64,000 bases of DNA from Macrostomum hystrix. Taxonomy: Eukaryota; Animalia; Platyhelminthes. Shown piece after piece: positions 42,833 to 54,600 of the stretch (position 1 is the first letter of the stretch; each line of letters begins with the position of its first letter). The notes beneath the pieces are model-generated. The model ran no database searches. It saw nothing but the letters and a program-made list of their open reading frames with translations, and was not told the DNA's origin. The stretch covers positions 6,572,001-6,636,000 of the forward strand of contig CATNEN010000001.1 in assembly GCA_950097015.1 (NCBI GenBank), written 5' to 3'. Made by a program: the position numbers and the translations under genes.

Positions 42833-45800
42833 ATGAGCGATGGTGACAAAGCCAATCTCGTCAAAGCTTCTAGCGAAGGCGCCGACCCGAACAATGCGGC
42901 TAGCGATGAGCAGCACTCCGACAATGCAGACAAATCGGCGAGCTCGTTGCCATGGCAACGTAAGTTACGTTGTCCGCCTCCGCGCGGCATGACTCTAATA
43001 GTTCTAGTCTCGGTCATATTTAGCGCCGCTGTCACTTTGGCACTGATTTTGACCATCATTTTTGGCGAGCCGCAAGTTCAACGACTCGCTGCCGTAGCTG
43101 CTGACACCAGCGATGTTGCCAAGTGCGGCCTGGAGATGCTTACGAACGGTGGCAGCGCGGTCGACGCGGCAGTCGCCGCCGCACTGTGCAGCTCAGTTGT
43201 CGAATATCCAATCACTGGCCTAGCTGGCGGCGGTCTAATGCTGGTGCACAGTCATCGAGCCGATAAGACTACTCTGTTTGATTTCTTAGAAACTGCTCCC
43301 AGCTCGGTGGCACCGGCCGCTTTCGCTGGCAGCGGCGGTGAGGCCGCGGCTTTGAACTCCGGCCTGGGAGCCGGCGTGCCCGGCTTTGCGCGCGGCTTGG
43401 AAGACGCTCATAAGTGAGTGATTTGGCTTGTCTAATTGGATATTCGTTACTTTTATCACAAATCGTTACTTTAGTTGATTTATTCTGGCAAAGTACGAGT
43501 ATCATACTTTTTTTCGTTTAGGTTTTATAAAAAGGAGTTTTTTTATTTTTTTACTACCATATATTTTGCCGCCTGTTTTGATACCGAGGGTCTCCTCTTA
43601 TTTGGCGTGGGTGTACTGTTGTTGAGCTGCGCCTAATATTTAGGCGGGTGATCAGTAAAATTGGACAAAATCGCGTCAGGGTGTCCTTAGTCACATATTT
43701 CCACCTGTTGTAGCCCTTGAAGGTCCAGCAGTCCGTCTAGATAAAGTTTGGTGACCACCGAAGACGGAGATGATGCAGGCACATTCGGGTGGCATGCTGA
43801 TTAACAGTAGAACTACCAAGGGGGGGGGAATTTCCCCCCCTGACAATTTTTTTTGCTGCACCCGAACGGAACAATGCGGGAACAATGCAAGCACACGAAA
43901 CTCAAGAACACGGGCCAACTTTTTGTTGCGCATCTTCTGAAACAAGAAACAAGTCGCCAGCTCTTCAGACCGTCGAGATATTCAATGTTTCTGGCCGAAG
44001 GTCCGATTTTTCCCATAAGAGCTAGTGTATTTCATACACCCCTATACACGAATTTGCACTGCGCCTCAGTGCGGCCTTGCCAGGCCTTCAAAATTGATCA
44101 GCATGTCACCCGAATGTGCCTGCACCATCACCGTCTTCTGTGGTCACCTACCTTTATCTAGACGGAGCAGCTGGACCTTAAACAAGTAATAGTTGAGTTT
44201 AGGCCAATATTAGAGAGGCTTAATTAGAGAAAGTAGAAAATTTCGCTTTAGGGACTCCATTGCCAGCTGGAGGCACCCTACTGACGGTGCTGACGGCGTC
44301 GGGGTGGTGACTGATTGGTTGACGGACTAGAGGAGCATGTAAAGTAGTTGAGTGTTGCCCAATGTCGAGGCTTGATCAGCGAAAGTAGAGAAATTCGCTT
44401 TAGGGACTCCATAGTCGGCTGGTGCCACTTGTTGAAGGTCCAGCAGCTCCGTCTAGATAAAGGTCGGTGACCGCCGAAGTCGGAGGTGATGCAAGCACAT
44501 TCGGGTGACATGCTGATAAAGTTTGAAGGTCTGGAAAGGCCGCACTGAGGCGCAGTGCAAATTCGTGTATAATGGGTGTATGAAATACACTAGCTCTTAT
44601 GGGAAAAATCGGACCTTCGGCCAGAAACATTGAATATCCCGACGGTCTGAAGAGCTGGCGACTTGTCTCTTGTTTCAGAAGATGCGCAACAAAAAGTTGG
44701 TCTATCTTCTTGAGTTTTGTGAGCTTGAGTTGTTCTGTTCGGGTGCAGCAAAACAATTATTGTCTGTGGGGGGACCCCCATTGAAACTTTAAAGCAATAA
44801 ACGATGCAAAACATGTACGGCTCGTATTCCCTCGTAATATATATATTATTAGTTATATGTAACTTTTAGTACTTAATGGTTAGATTTTTTATTTAACAAT
44901 CCGAGTGCTAACTAAAACTAAAACTAAAACACATTGAAGACGCTTTGGCCGCCTGAAATGGTCCAGTCTATTTGGTCCCGCAACTCGCCTAGCAACCAAC
45001 GGCTTCCAAATGTCGGCCGATCTTAATCGCCTAGTTAATAACAATATTGCTCGGATTGCTGGAAATCCTAAACTCAAAGACTGGTACTTGAATCCCACCG
45101 GAACTGAGTCAAAACCAGTCAACAGTGTCATCAAAATGCCAGATCTTGCAGCCGCTTTGACTCTATTGCGAGACGAAGGCGCCAATGCTATGTACACTGG
45201 GTCATTGTCGCACGAGCTGCTAGCCGCTTCGGCTGCTCACGGCGGCTCCATGACGCCAGCCGACTTGGCCGGTTATCGGGTGTTAGAGAGGCCGGCTCTT
45301 GTTGGGCATTATCGAAATTATACTATTAGAACTTTTCCGCCACCGTCTGCTGGCGGCGCCTACACTGTACTGCTCGCTCAGGTTATGGCTAGATATCCTG
45401 GTGAGTTTGACTACTGTAGAACTGCATCATATAATAATAGTACATGTTTACGTGTCCTCTACTTTAATACAAAAAATGTACACAAACTAACTGCTGATTT
45501 CTAGAAAAACTGAGAAAGAACAAACCTGATGGGCTCACGGGTTTTTAGTTGGGGTAGATAAATAACTACTGAAGAATAAGCCTTATTGGTTGGCGGGCGT
45601 TTAGTGGGGTAAAGAGATGACGAATGAAGTGCAAACCTGATTGGCTGATGGGTGCTTAGTGTCATAGAGGTTAGAGAGATAACGGCAGAAGTATGAGCCT
45701 TATTGGTTGGCGGGTGTTTAGTGGGGGTAGAGACATAACGGCAGAGTATGAGCCTTATTGGTTGGCGGGTGTTTAGTGGGGGTAAGGACATCACAGCAGA

Positions 45801-47068
45801 GTATGAGCCTTATTGGTTGGCGGGTGTTTAGTGGGTTTGAGAGATAATGCTAGAAGAGTAAAGCTGATTGGCTGAAAGATTTTAGTGAGGGGTTGAAAGA
45901 TACCGTGAGAAAAACAAACATGGTTGGCTGATGACTATTTACGAGTAGTAGGAAGTGAAGATGAGGACCAATAGCTGATTGGCTGTCCGCTTCCCGCAGT
46001 GACCAGCGCGGATTCCGTCAATGCCACCGGCCTGCTGCATCATCGCTTCGCCGAAGCTTCCAAGCTGGCACTCGGCCTGATCGAGCCAATCGGCGAATCG
46101 TCTGGCAGCCTGGCTGCAGATTTGGCCACGCCTGCCTCGGCTGATCGGCTCCGGGCTCGCATCCAAGACGGCCGAGTGCTGAGCGCCACAGATTCCAGCG
46201 TCTACTCAGCCAAGCCTTGGCCGCCTTTGAATGGAAAACTGCAGGCTAGCTCGCATCTGGTTGCCGTTGACAACGATGAGTTGTACGTCTCCATGGAGAC
46301 TAGTATCAACACTCCGTTTGGGAGCGCGATAACTACAGCCAGTCATGGTTTGCTGTTGAATAACGCCTTGGCCAATTTCGCCCTATCTGGCCCCAGTAAC
46401 CATAGCAACGCTGTGGCTGGCGGTCGCCGGCCTGCCACCCTGATGTCGCCGGCGTTCGGCTTCAATCCTAGACAGCGCTGCGGCCTGCGGTTCGCTTTCG
46501 GCGCTTCTAACAGCACCGCTGTGCCAGGAGTGACCGCTTGGCTAGCGTCCAGGTTGGTGGCTGTTGAGTGGCTGTCTCCCCAAGTCCACGGACTGAACAG
46601 CCGTACGCAGCCTTCAGATGCACCGCGCAATAGCTGCGGCTGTGCTGTCGGCTGCCATCTGACCAATTTTTTATTAGATTTAAAGTACCACTTTAATTCT
46701 CAATCCCCCAACTTTTCAGGCTGTCAGATCTGTCTGCCGACTCGGCCGTCTGTCCGCATTCTGTCAGCAGTCGGCGCAGCAACTCCGGTCGGCAGCCCTG
46801 CCTGCCGGTGGCTTCATCCGCCAAGTCGGCGCGCCTCAGCCCGCTGCTGCCCGCTGCGCCAGGCAAGCCCGTGCTGGAATCCGACGCCGGCCTACCAGCT
46901 GAGGTGTCCAACCTGTTGAAGGACTTGGGTCAGCAGCTGACGGTACGTCCTGACGGCCTAGGCCGGGCGCACATTGTCGCCATGGACATGTATAGTCTGG
47001 CAGCTGATAGCGACTTTGCTCGCTCGGGCTCTGTGGCCGCAGTCTTGCCTCAGAGTGGAAGATCTTGA
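42833..47068 (+). CDS. Gamma-glutamyltransferase (glutathione hydrolase 7-like), type II membrane protein; exons 42833-43413, 44940-45400, 46000-46552, 46720-47068
   Basis: N-terminal TM; GGSAVDAAVAAALC; TGLAGGGLMLV; GVPGFARGLEDAHKRFGRLKW; PPPSAGG; TSINTPFGS; GLLLNN; RRPAT; RCGLRFAFGA (GGT7-like). Confidence 0.88.
43700..44790. mobile_element. Complex inverted-repeat (foldback-like) element in GGT intron 1
   Basis: 43851-44187 is a diverged reverse complement of 44427-44753; 43716-43800 is a direct copy of ~44432-44517; ~55-bp direct repeat in the spacer. Confidence 0.7.
45520..45985. repeat. Degenerate ATTGG-containing ~53-bp tandem repeat
   Basis: GCAGAGTATGAGCCTTATTGGTTGGCGGGTGTTTAGTGGG repeats in GGT intron 2. 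Confidence 0.8.
46560..46665 (+). mobile_element. SINE family B 3' fragment filling most of GGT intron 3
   Basis: GTCCACGGACTGAACAGCCGTACGCAGCCTTCAGATGCACCGCGCAATAGCTGCGGCTGTGCTGTCGGCTGC. Confidence 0.72.
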
Positions 47069-47595
47069 ACTTCAGTTGTGATTGACTTTATACAATGAGT
47101 CAAATACTTTTTTGGTGTTTGGATAACTTTAACATTCCTTGAGCACAAAACCATGTCTTTAAATCTCGTTTTCATAGTTAAACATTCAATTAGTTTGGTG
47201 TTCTGTTTTCTGTCTTCTAGATTCAACCACAGCTGAATACTTTAAACACGAGCGTGTAGCGTGTATACTAAATAAATGTTTGACCAATAATCTGTTCACG
47301 AAGCCTGATGTTCTTCGAATAAAATATAATTTCGCAATAACAGGGCAATTAGACACTAATTTTGGTCCATTGACATGGGCCCAGACTGTAAGGAATAATA
47401 AGAAAAGCTTCGAAGATGGTTTACCATACGCATTAATCAGTTTTTGATTTCTATTTCTTTTTTTTTAATTACATCGAGCGCCCCTTAATGTTTAAGCTTC
47501 AAGCCATATGGTGTGACAAAAATGCTCTGCGGTAGCTAGAATTCTTGTTACAGATTTTGCCATAGACTAAACCGAAAATCATACGTTGGTTCTTT

Positions 47596-47760
47596 ACCGA
47601 GAAGAACTCGTTCGACCTGTGAGTAGCACACACGTCGTTGTCAACGAGGATGTCGAAGTTGTTGAGTCGCTCAGAGCAGCAGTCGAGTCGGTTTTGGACC
47701 TTTTGGTTGACGACCTCCTTGGTGTGAGCGGGCTTTTTCAAGCTTCCTTGCCAGAAGCCG
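47596..47760 (-). pseudogene. Decayed fragment of F-type lectin exon A
   Basis: KKPAHTKEVV..NRLDCCSERLNNFDILVDNDVCATHRSNEFFS; truncated, with an indel, and located downstream of the gene's stop. Confidence 0.8.
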
Positions 47761-47896
47761 ATCGAAAGCTACATTTCTAAAAAAAGAACCCTTTTCTGTC
47801 ATCAATGTAAACTGAAACAAACTGGTTGATAGCTTGACTTAAGTGCGAGTTAAACAACAACAAGAGACGCTAGCCCCAAAAGTCAGGGAGGCGGCG

Positions 47897-48090
47897 TCAG
47901 ATGGCGCGCCGCAGAGCCAGCGCGCGAACATGGTCCACGCCGGTGGCAGTGTCGGGCACCCCGGCGTCGCTCAGCAAGCAGTCGACGTAGCGGTGGGTCC
48001 AAGCCTGGCCGCGCCTGAACGGGCCCTGCAGGGTGAGCAGCAGGACGTCCTGGGCGGGCTGGCGGCAGTAGCCCTCGGCCCGAATAACAT
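47897..48090 (-). mobile_element. 3' remnant of a non-LTR retrotransposon (RTE-like ORF2 C-terminus)
   Basis: A frame not in the ORF track reads YVIRAEGYCRQPAQDVLLLTLQGPFRRGQAWTHRYVDCLLSDAG...ALRRAI*, resembling the GHVxR...RxRGRP..W.D tail of LINE RTs. Confidence 0.55.
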
Positions 48091-48640
48091 ATAACTAGCG
48101 GACGAGTCAAAAGTCGACCAAGAAGTTCAGACCCTCAAGAAGAATTCTTCACTCGTTAAAGTAGACCGATAGTCCGATAGAGATGAAGCTAAAGCACTTC
48201 AGAGTTTTAAATACTAAAGGCTTTCTGTTATCCGTCTTCTCCGTGTAGAGAAAATTTGCTCTACACACAATTAACATCCAGAAAAATACCAATCAAGAGA
48301 TATTTCTAATCCTTATCTATCGATATGAACTAAAGTACACTCCTTCAAGCAGGATTCGAACAGCAGCATAACCTATTAAAGCTAAGACAATGTAGCTTCA
48401 GACTCTTTAATCTGCATGCCAGAGCATTAACAAATGAAATACACGAACGTGCTAAAAACAGAAATGGATTTATGCTAAGGAAAATGAGGAATGCCCCTGT
48501 CAAACAACAGAACTTTTATTCCTCTGACTTGTTTATTGGCACGTGCACTGAACTAGCAAAACAAGAAATATTATAATTGTCAAACAGCCCAACACCTCAA
48601 TATTCAGCTTATGCTTTCTGTCAAATCCAAGAAACAGCCA

Positions 48641-51600
48641 CTAGGCCACCGTATTGTCAACCTCGAAGACGGCGTTGCGCATTGTGCCGCCGCACCTGGT
48701 CTCCGAGTCGCCAGAGCAGGGCGAACCGCAGTCTTTCTCTTCAGCGGCGCCACTGTTGCCATAGTTGTCACCACAGAAGCACTGATCACCACTCTGCAGG
48801 GCGAAGTAGGTAGTACCACGGGACTTGCACAGCGTATTGCACCTGCGTTGAGTCATCTTTGAGCTTGTCTCGGCAGCGGAAGAAAAGTCCGGATACTCCT
48901 TGCTGTCTATGTAGCAGCCGATATACTCTGAAAAGGAGAACATGGCATAGGAAGCAAATGAAGAACGTATATACTTGCTACAAGTGTGCAAAAGTAAAAA
49001 ATGTTCAAGATAAATAACTGCTTACTGAACTTCGGCCGCTCTTTGAAGTACTCGCCGAAAACCTGCACCTCGCACAGAGTCAGGTAGGTGCGCGCACGAC
49101 TTCTAATCATCACAGTGCTGCCAACTCGGTCGCACTTGAAAGTCTTTGCGCTGAAGACGGTTCGCGAGTTGTACGAAGCGCACTCGTGACCGTCCACTGA
49201 CACCACGAAGTTCGTGAGCCTCTCGGCACAGCAGTCAGCTCTGTTGAAGATCCTGACCTCCTTGATGTGAGCCTGCTTCTGTGTCTTTGCCGACCACCAG
49301 CCGTTCTCGAGCTGTGTGTGAGTACACGAGTATCCCCAGTAGTTCTGGTTGGCGTTTCCATCGATGGCTCGGCTGCAGACGCCCTCCCAGCCGACTGAGC
49401 TCTGAGAGCAGTGACTCAACGGAAGCAGGTCTGCAAGAGTACGCAAAGATGTTTCTTAGTAAAAAGCAGTTCTGAATTGGACCCTCTAGTCAATATCTTG
49501 GTAAGACAAGCACTTGACACACTCACTTGTCTGCACGGGCTGCTCGATCGTCTCTCCGAACACTTCCACCTCGCACAGAGTGAGCCACAGCTTCAAGTTC
49601 GTCCTGATGATGACGTTCTGTCCGACCTTGTCGCACTTGAAGCTCTTCACTGAGAAGAACTCGTTCGACCTGTGAGTGGCGCACACCACGTTGTCAACGA
49701 GGATGTCGAAGTTGTTGAGTCGCTCAGAGCAGCAGTCGAGTCGGTTGTAGATGACGACCTCCTTGATGTGAGCGGGCTTCTTCAAGCTTCCTTGCCAGAA
49801 GCCGCTCGGATCCTTGGTGTGGCTGCACGAGTTGGCACCGTAGTTCTGGTTGGTGTTTCCATCGATGGCTCTCTGGCACACTCCGTTCCACCCGACTGAG
49901 GTCTGGAAGCAGCTGCTCAGCTTCAGCTTGGCTGAAATGTACAAAGCAGTCTCAATGATCCCTCTAGTATATATTTTTATAGCCGCCCAAGCGTGAGCAA
50001 GTCGGTTTTGTACGAACAGACGAGGCGAATACACGAGAACTTTAGTGGCGAATCGACGGGACAGAATAGCTTACAGAAAAATATTTAATCTAGATAATTT
50101 TAATTTCTGATCAAGAGCTCTTTTTCAACAGTTAAAACAAACTTACGCGACTTCCTTCGTGTTACGTACTCGCCGAACACCTGCACCTCGCACAGAGTCA
50201 GGTAAGTGCGCTTGCGGTTGCTGATCTTCACGACGCTGCCAATAAGGTCGCACTTGAATGTCCTCTCCATGAAGACCACAGGAGAGTTGTATGAGCCGCA
50301 CTCATTGCCGTCAACTGTGACGACAAAGTCGGACAGCCTGTCGGAGCAGCAGTCGGCCCTGTTCACGATTCTGATCTCTCTGATTCGGGCCAGCTTCTCA
50401 GTGGTGGCCATCCACCAGCCGTTCTCCAGCTTGGTGTGCGTGCAAGAGTTTGCACCGTAGTTCTGGTTCGCATTGCCATCGATGGCTCTCTGGCAGACTC
50501 CGTTCCAGCCCACTGAGCTCTGCCGACAGTTGCCCAGCTTCAGCAGTCCTGAATGTGACAAATTTTGTAGATCAGACTTTGAGAGTTTCAGGGGGCACAT
50601 GACACTGCTGTACTTAAATATTTTCGACTAATGTATTCTTAAACGGATATTAAAAACGCATATTCTTATGCAAAATAAGAATATCAATTAACGGCCTACC
50701 TCCAGTGTGCCGTCTTGTGTACTCGCCAAACACCTGCACCTCGCACAGAGTCAGGTAGGTCTTTGCCCTGCTGTAAACTGTGACGACACTTCCGACTCGG
50801 TCGCACTTGAAAGTCTTTGCGCCGAAGACGGTTCGCGAGTTGTACGAAGCGCACTCGTGACCGTCCACTGACACCACAAAGTTCGTGAGCCTCTCGGCAC
50901 AGCAGTCAGCTCTGTTGAAGATCCTGACCTCCTTGATGTGAGCCTGCTTCTGTGTCTTTGCCGACCACCAGCCGTTCTCGAGCTGTGTGTGAGTACACGA
51001 GTATCCCCAGTAGTTCTGGTTGGCGTTTCCATCGATGGCTCGGCTGCAGACGCCCTCCCAGCCGACTGAGCTCTGAGAGCAGTGACTCAACGGAAGCAGG
51101 TCTGCAAGAGTACGCAAAGATGTTTCTTAGTAAAAAGCAGTTCTGAATTGGACCCTCTAGTCAATATCTTGGTAAGACAAGCACTTGACACACTCACTTG
51201 TCTGCACGGGCTGCTCGATCGTCTCTCCGAACACTTCCACCTCGCACAGAGTGAGCCACAGCTTCAAGTTCGTCCTGATGATGACGTTCTGTCCGACCTT
51301 GTCGCACTTGAAGCTCTTCACTGAGAAGAACTCGTTCGACCTGTGAGTGGCGCACACCACGTTGTCAACGAGGATGTCGAAGTTGTTGAGTCGCTCAGAG
51401 CAGCAGTCGAGTCGGTTGTAGATGACGACCTCCTTGATGTGAGCGGGCTTCTTCAAGCTTCCTTGCCAGAAGCCGCTCGGATCCTTGGTGTGGCTGCACG
51501 AGTTGGCACCGTAGTTCTGGTTGGTGTTTCCATCGATGGCTCTCTGGCACACTCCGTTCCACCCGACTGAGGTCTGGAAGCAGCTGCTCAGCTTCAGCTT

Positions 51601-54600
51601 GGCTGGAATAAAATTATGATGGAAATGAAGAAAGAAAAATCATTATGAGGTCGTAATAGGTAAAATTCGAGTCGGTGTACTCGTTATTGTCACAGCTGAT
51701 GTAAAATGCTTTACACATCTATCATGCGTGCATCTTTTAACAATGATTATGTCCAGAAGCCACTACTTTAGAGTGATTTTAAGTAGTATAAATGGAATCG
51801 TGGTAATATGCTTTTTGATATTTTGGTCGGTGTTTCAGCGAGTGATTGAGAAGCTGCTTGGTAAGCATCCGTGAGGAGTTAAAAGAGCTCAAACGCTTCA
51901 GACAGATCATGAGCCACTGAAGTACATCATCACTCCAAGCAAGAGTCTTCTTAAAACGTTGTCCACAATGCTAACACAGTGGGTTAGTCGGCGCTTTGAT
52001 CGAGGGATCGGTGAAGCAGTCTTGGCTGCCTGTCGGAGCAGCCAGGTAGGATCGCGGTGAAGACACGGCTGCATTCGGTCCCAGCCATCTCATCACCCAC
52101 AGGACGTGTGATCCTGCCAGCTACTTCTCTCGTCTACATCAGCATCACACCCAATGGAAGCCCAACAGGATCCTTGCTACTATACCACCCGCGGTGGACA
52201 TCTCGGAGATCCGAGACACCTACTCAGCAAAGGGTCTTCCTCGCCCAGCTGTGCCCTGGGTTTTGCCCCCGCTTTTTCACTGACCAAGACTGGAATGAAC
52301 ATCTCTTTAGGTGCTTCGCCAGCCTCCCTCTCCATTGGGGATCTAAGTTCCGAACCCAAGGAGGTGATAAACCACGTTTTTACGATGAAGGTAAGAATTA
52401 GGGCTAAAACAACAAAAGCAACAAAGCATAAAATGATCATGATTTCAGAAACACGAGTAACTCGCGAAGTGATTTGATCCGGGAAATCAGAAGCTAGAAG
52501 GTATTGTAGCTACTTCAAGGCGGAACTATGTAAGTTCATGGACTCGGTCAATGATGCCATCGTGCACAGACCTGCGACCACCGCATCACTGACCGACGAC
52601 AGTCAAGCTGCAATAAGATCACTGATAGCCAACCGGCCCTTCGCCAATCGGATCGCTAAAGAGCTCCAGAGTCACCTCAGCGAAGCCATCTGGTACACCC
52701 TGACCATCATTCAATAGGTTCTTGGAGATGTTGTCATCGATGGGAATCGTTGACTGTGAAGCCAAAGCCGCCGCTGGGTTGCCTCAGGATCCCATCCCCA
52801 TCACGCTTGACGCGGCCCAAAACCTCATCAAGCACATCAGAAGGTACCACCAGACTTTGGAAGGACATGTGGGCAAAGTTTATGCCAAGCCGTTCGCTCA
52901 GTGAAACGGCACCGACGCCGGCAAGTGTTGGTGTCTCAAATGCGCGTGGGCCATTATCCGGCTTCTAGCTACTACGCCAAGGGCATCGGCAAAGTGATGT
53001 TCGAAGGTCTCCGAGTGAAGATTGCGTAGGACAATGAACCCTTGTTTCAGACAATGCACTAGAATTTAAGTCGGAGAAAGTGTCCCACTTGCAACTGCAA
53101 ACACCCCTCCGTATCAATCCCGCTTCTAAGTGCCAGATAGAAAGACTGCTGGTAATTATAAAAGATGCACAAAAGGCACGGATGAACCGGTTACTACGGA
53201 AGCTGCTGCTGGCGATCAGAACAGGCAGGCCAAGCGGGAATCGCTCAGCATCTCCAGACGTCCTCATGTGGCGCCGACAATTTCGCCCCCCCCCCACAAA
53301 CGATGACTGAGCAGGTGGGCGATGCGATTTTGCAGAGTATGCACCCAGAAGGTGCACAGGTTCCTGCCAGGCTTGTGGTGCTGCATGGCATGAACACCTG
53401 CCGATCCTCTCGAGGACGGCTCGCGGCTACCTAATTTTAAACAATATGATACTGGGGTCGCTGAACTCAACCAAAGCTTAGAAGTACGGCTCAGCTGCTC
53501 AAAGACGAGCTGCCAGGGGTTAGCGATATGGGCGGCATCAGCCGCCTCCTCGCTGCGTCCGTCATGGAGGCTCCCTGCCGCTAAGTCAAGTAAGTCAAGG
53601 CTCAAAGACGAGACGAATTGGGCGACAAGCTTCCGGAGCTCATGGCCACTGAAACCGCTGTCAAAGAAACTGGCCCCAGACAGAGCTCGGAAAACTAGCA
53701 TGCGTTCGGACTAGTGATGTGTCCCACAGTGGCTCATTCGTTGTGGAAACAAGTTTTTCTGCTGTTCTCGGAATTTCAGAAGGATCAGAAGACAATCGAG
53801 TTAACTTATAACTCAATTATTAACATGCTTCGGACATCTTGCTTTTCATTACAAAGGGAAGCTATTTGGTAAAAGCTTCTAAAAGACATAAGTCCGCATA
53901 TTATCATGACAACTGGAACATAGCTTTTATGAAATCAAGGAAAATTCATGACGCCAACGTTCGTACTAAGTACAAAAAATCAAAAGTAAAAAAAATTCAA
54001 CTTGGACCCTAAAAACTTACGCGACTTCCTTCGTGATACGTACTCGCCGAACACCTGCACCTCGCACAGAGTCAGGTAGGTGCGCTTGCGGTTGCTGATC
54101 TTCACGACGCTGCCAATAAGGTCGCACTTGAATGTCCTCTCCATGAAGACCACAGGAGAGTTGTATGAGCCGCACTCATTGCCGTCAACTGTGACGACAA
54201 AGTCGGACAGCCTGTCGGAGCAGCAGTCGGCCCTGTTCACGATTCTGATCTCTCTGATTCGGGCCAGCTTCTCAGTGGTGGCCATCCACCAGCCGTTCTC
54301 CAGCTTGGTGTGCGTGCAAGAGTTTGCACCGTAGTTCTGGTTCGCATTGCCATCGATGGCTCTCTGGCAGACTCCGTTCCAGCCCACTGAGCTCTGCCGA
54401 CAGTTGCCCAGCTTCAGCAGTCCTGAATGTGACAAATTTTGTAGATCAGACTTTGAGTTTCAGGGGGCACATGGACACTGCTGTACTTAAATATTTTCGA
54501 CTAATGTATTCTTAAACGCATTTTAAAAACGCATATTTTTATGCAAAATAAGAATATCAATTAACGGCCTACCTCCAGTGTGCCTTCTTGTGTACTCGCC

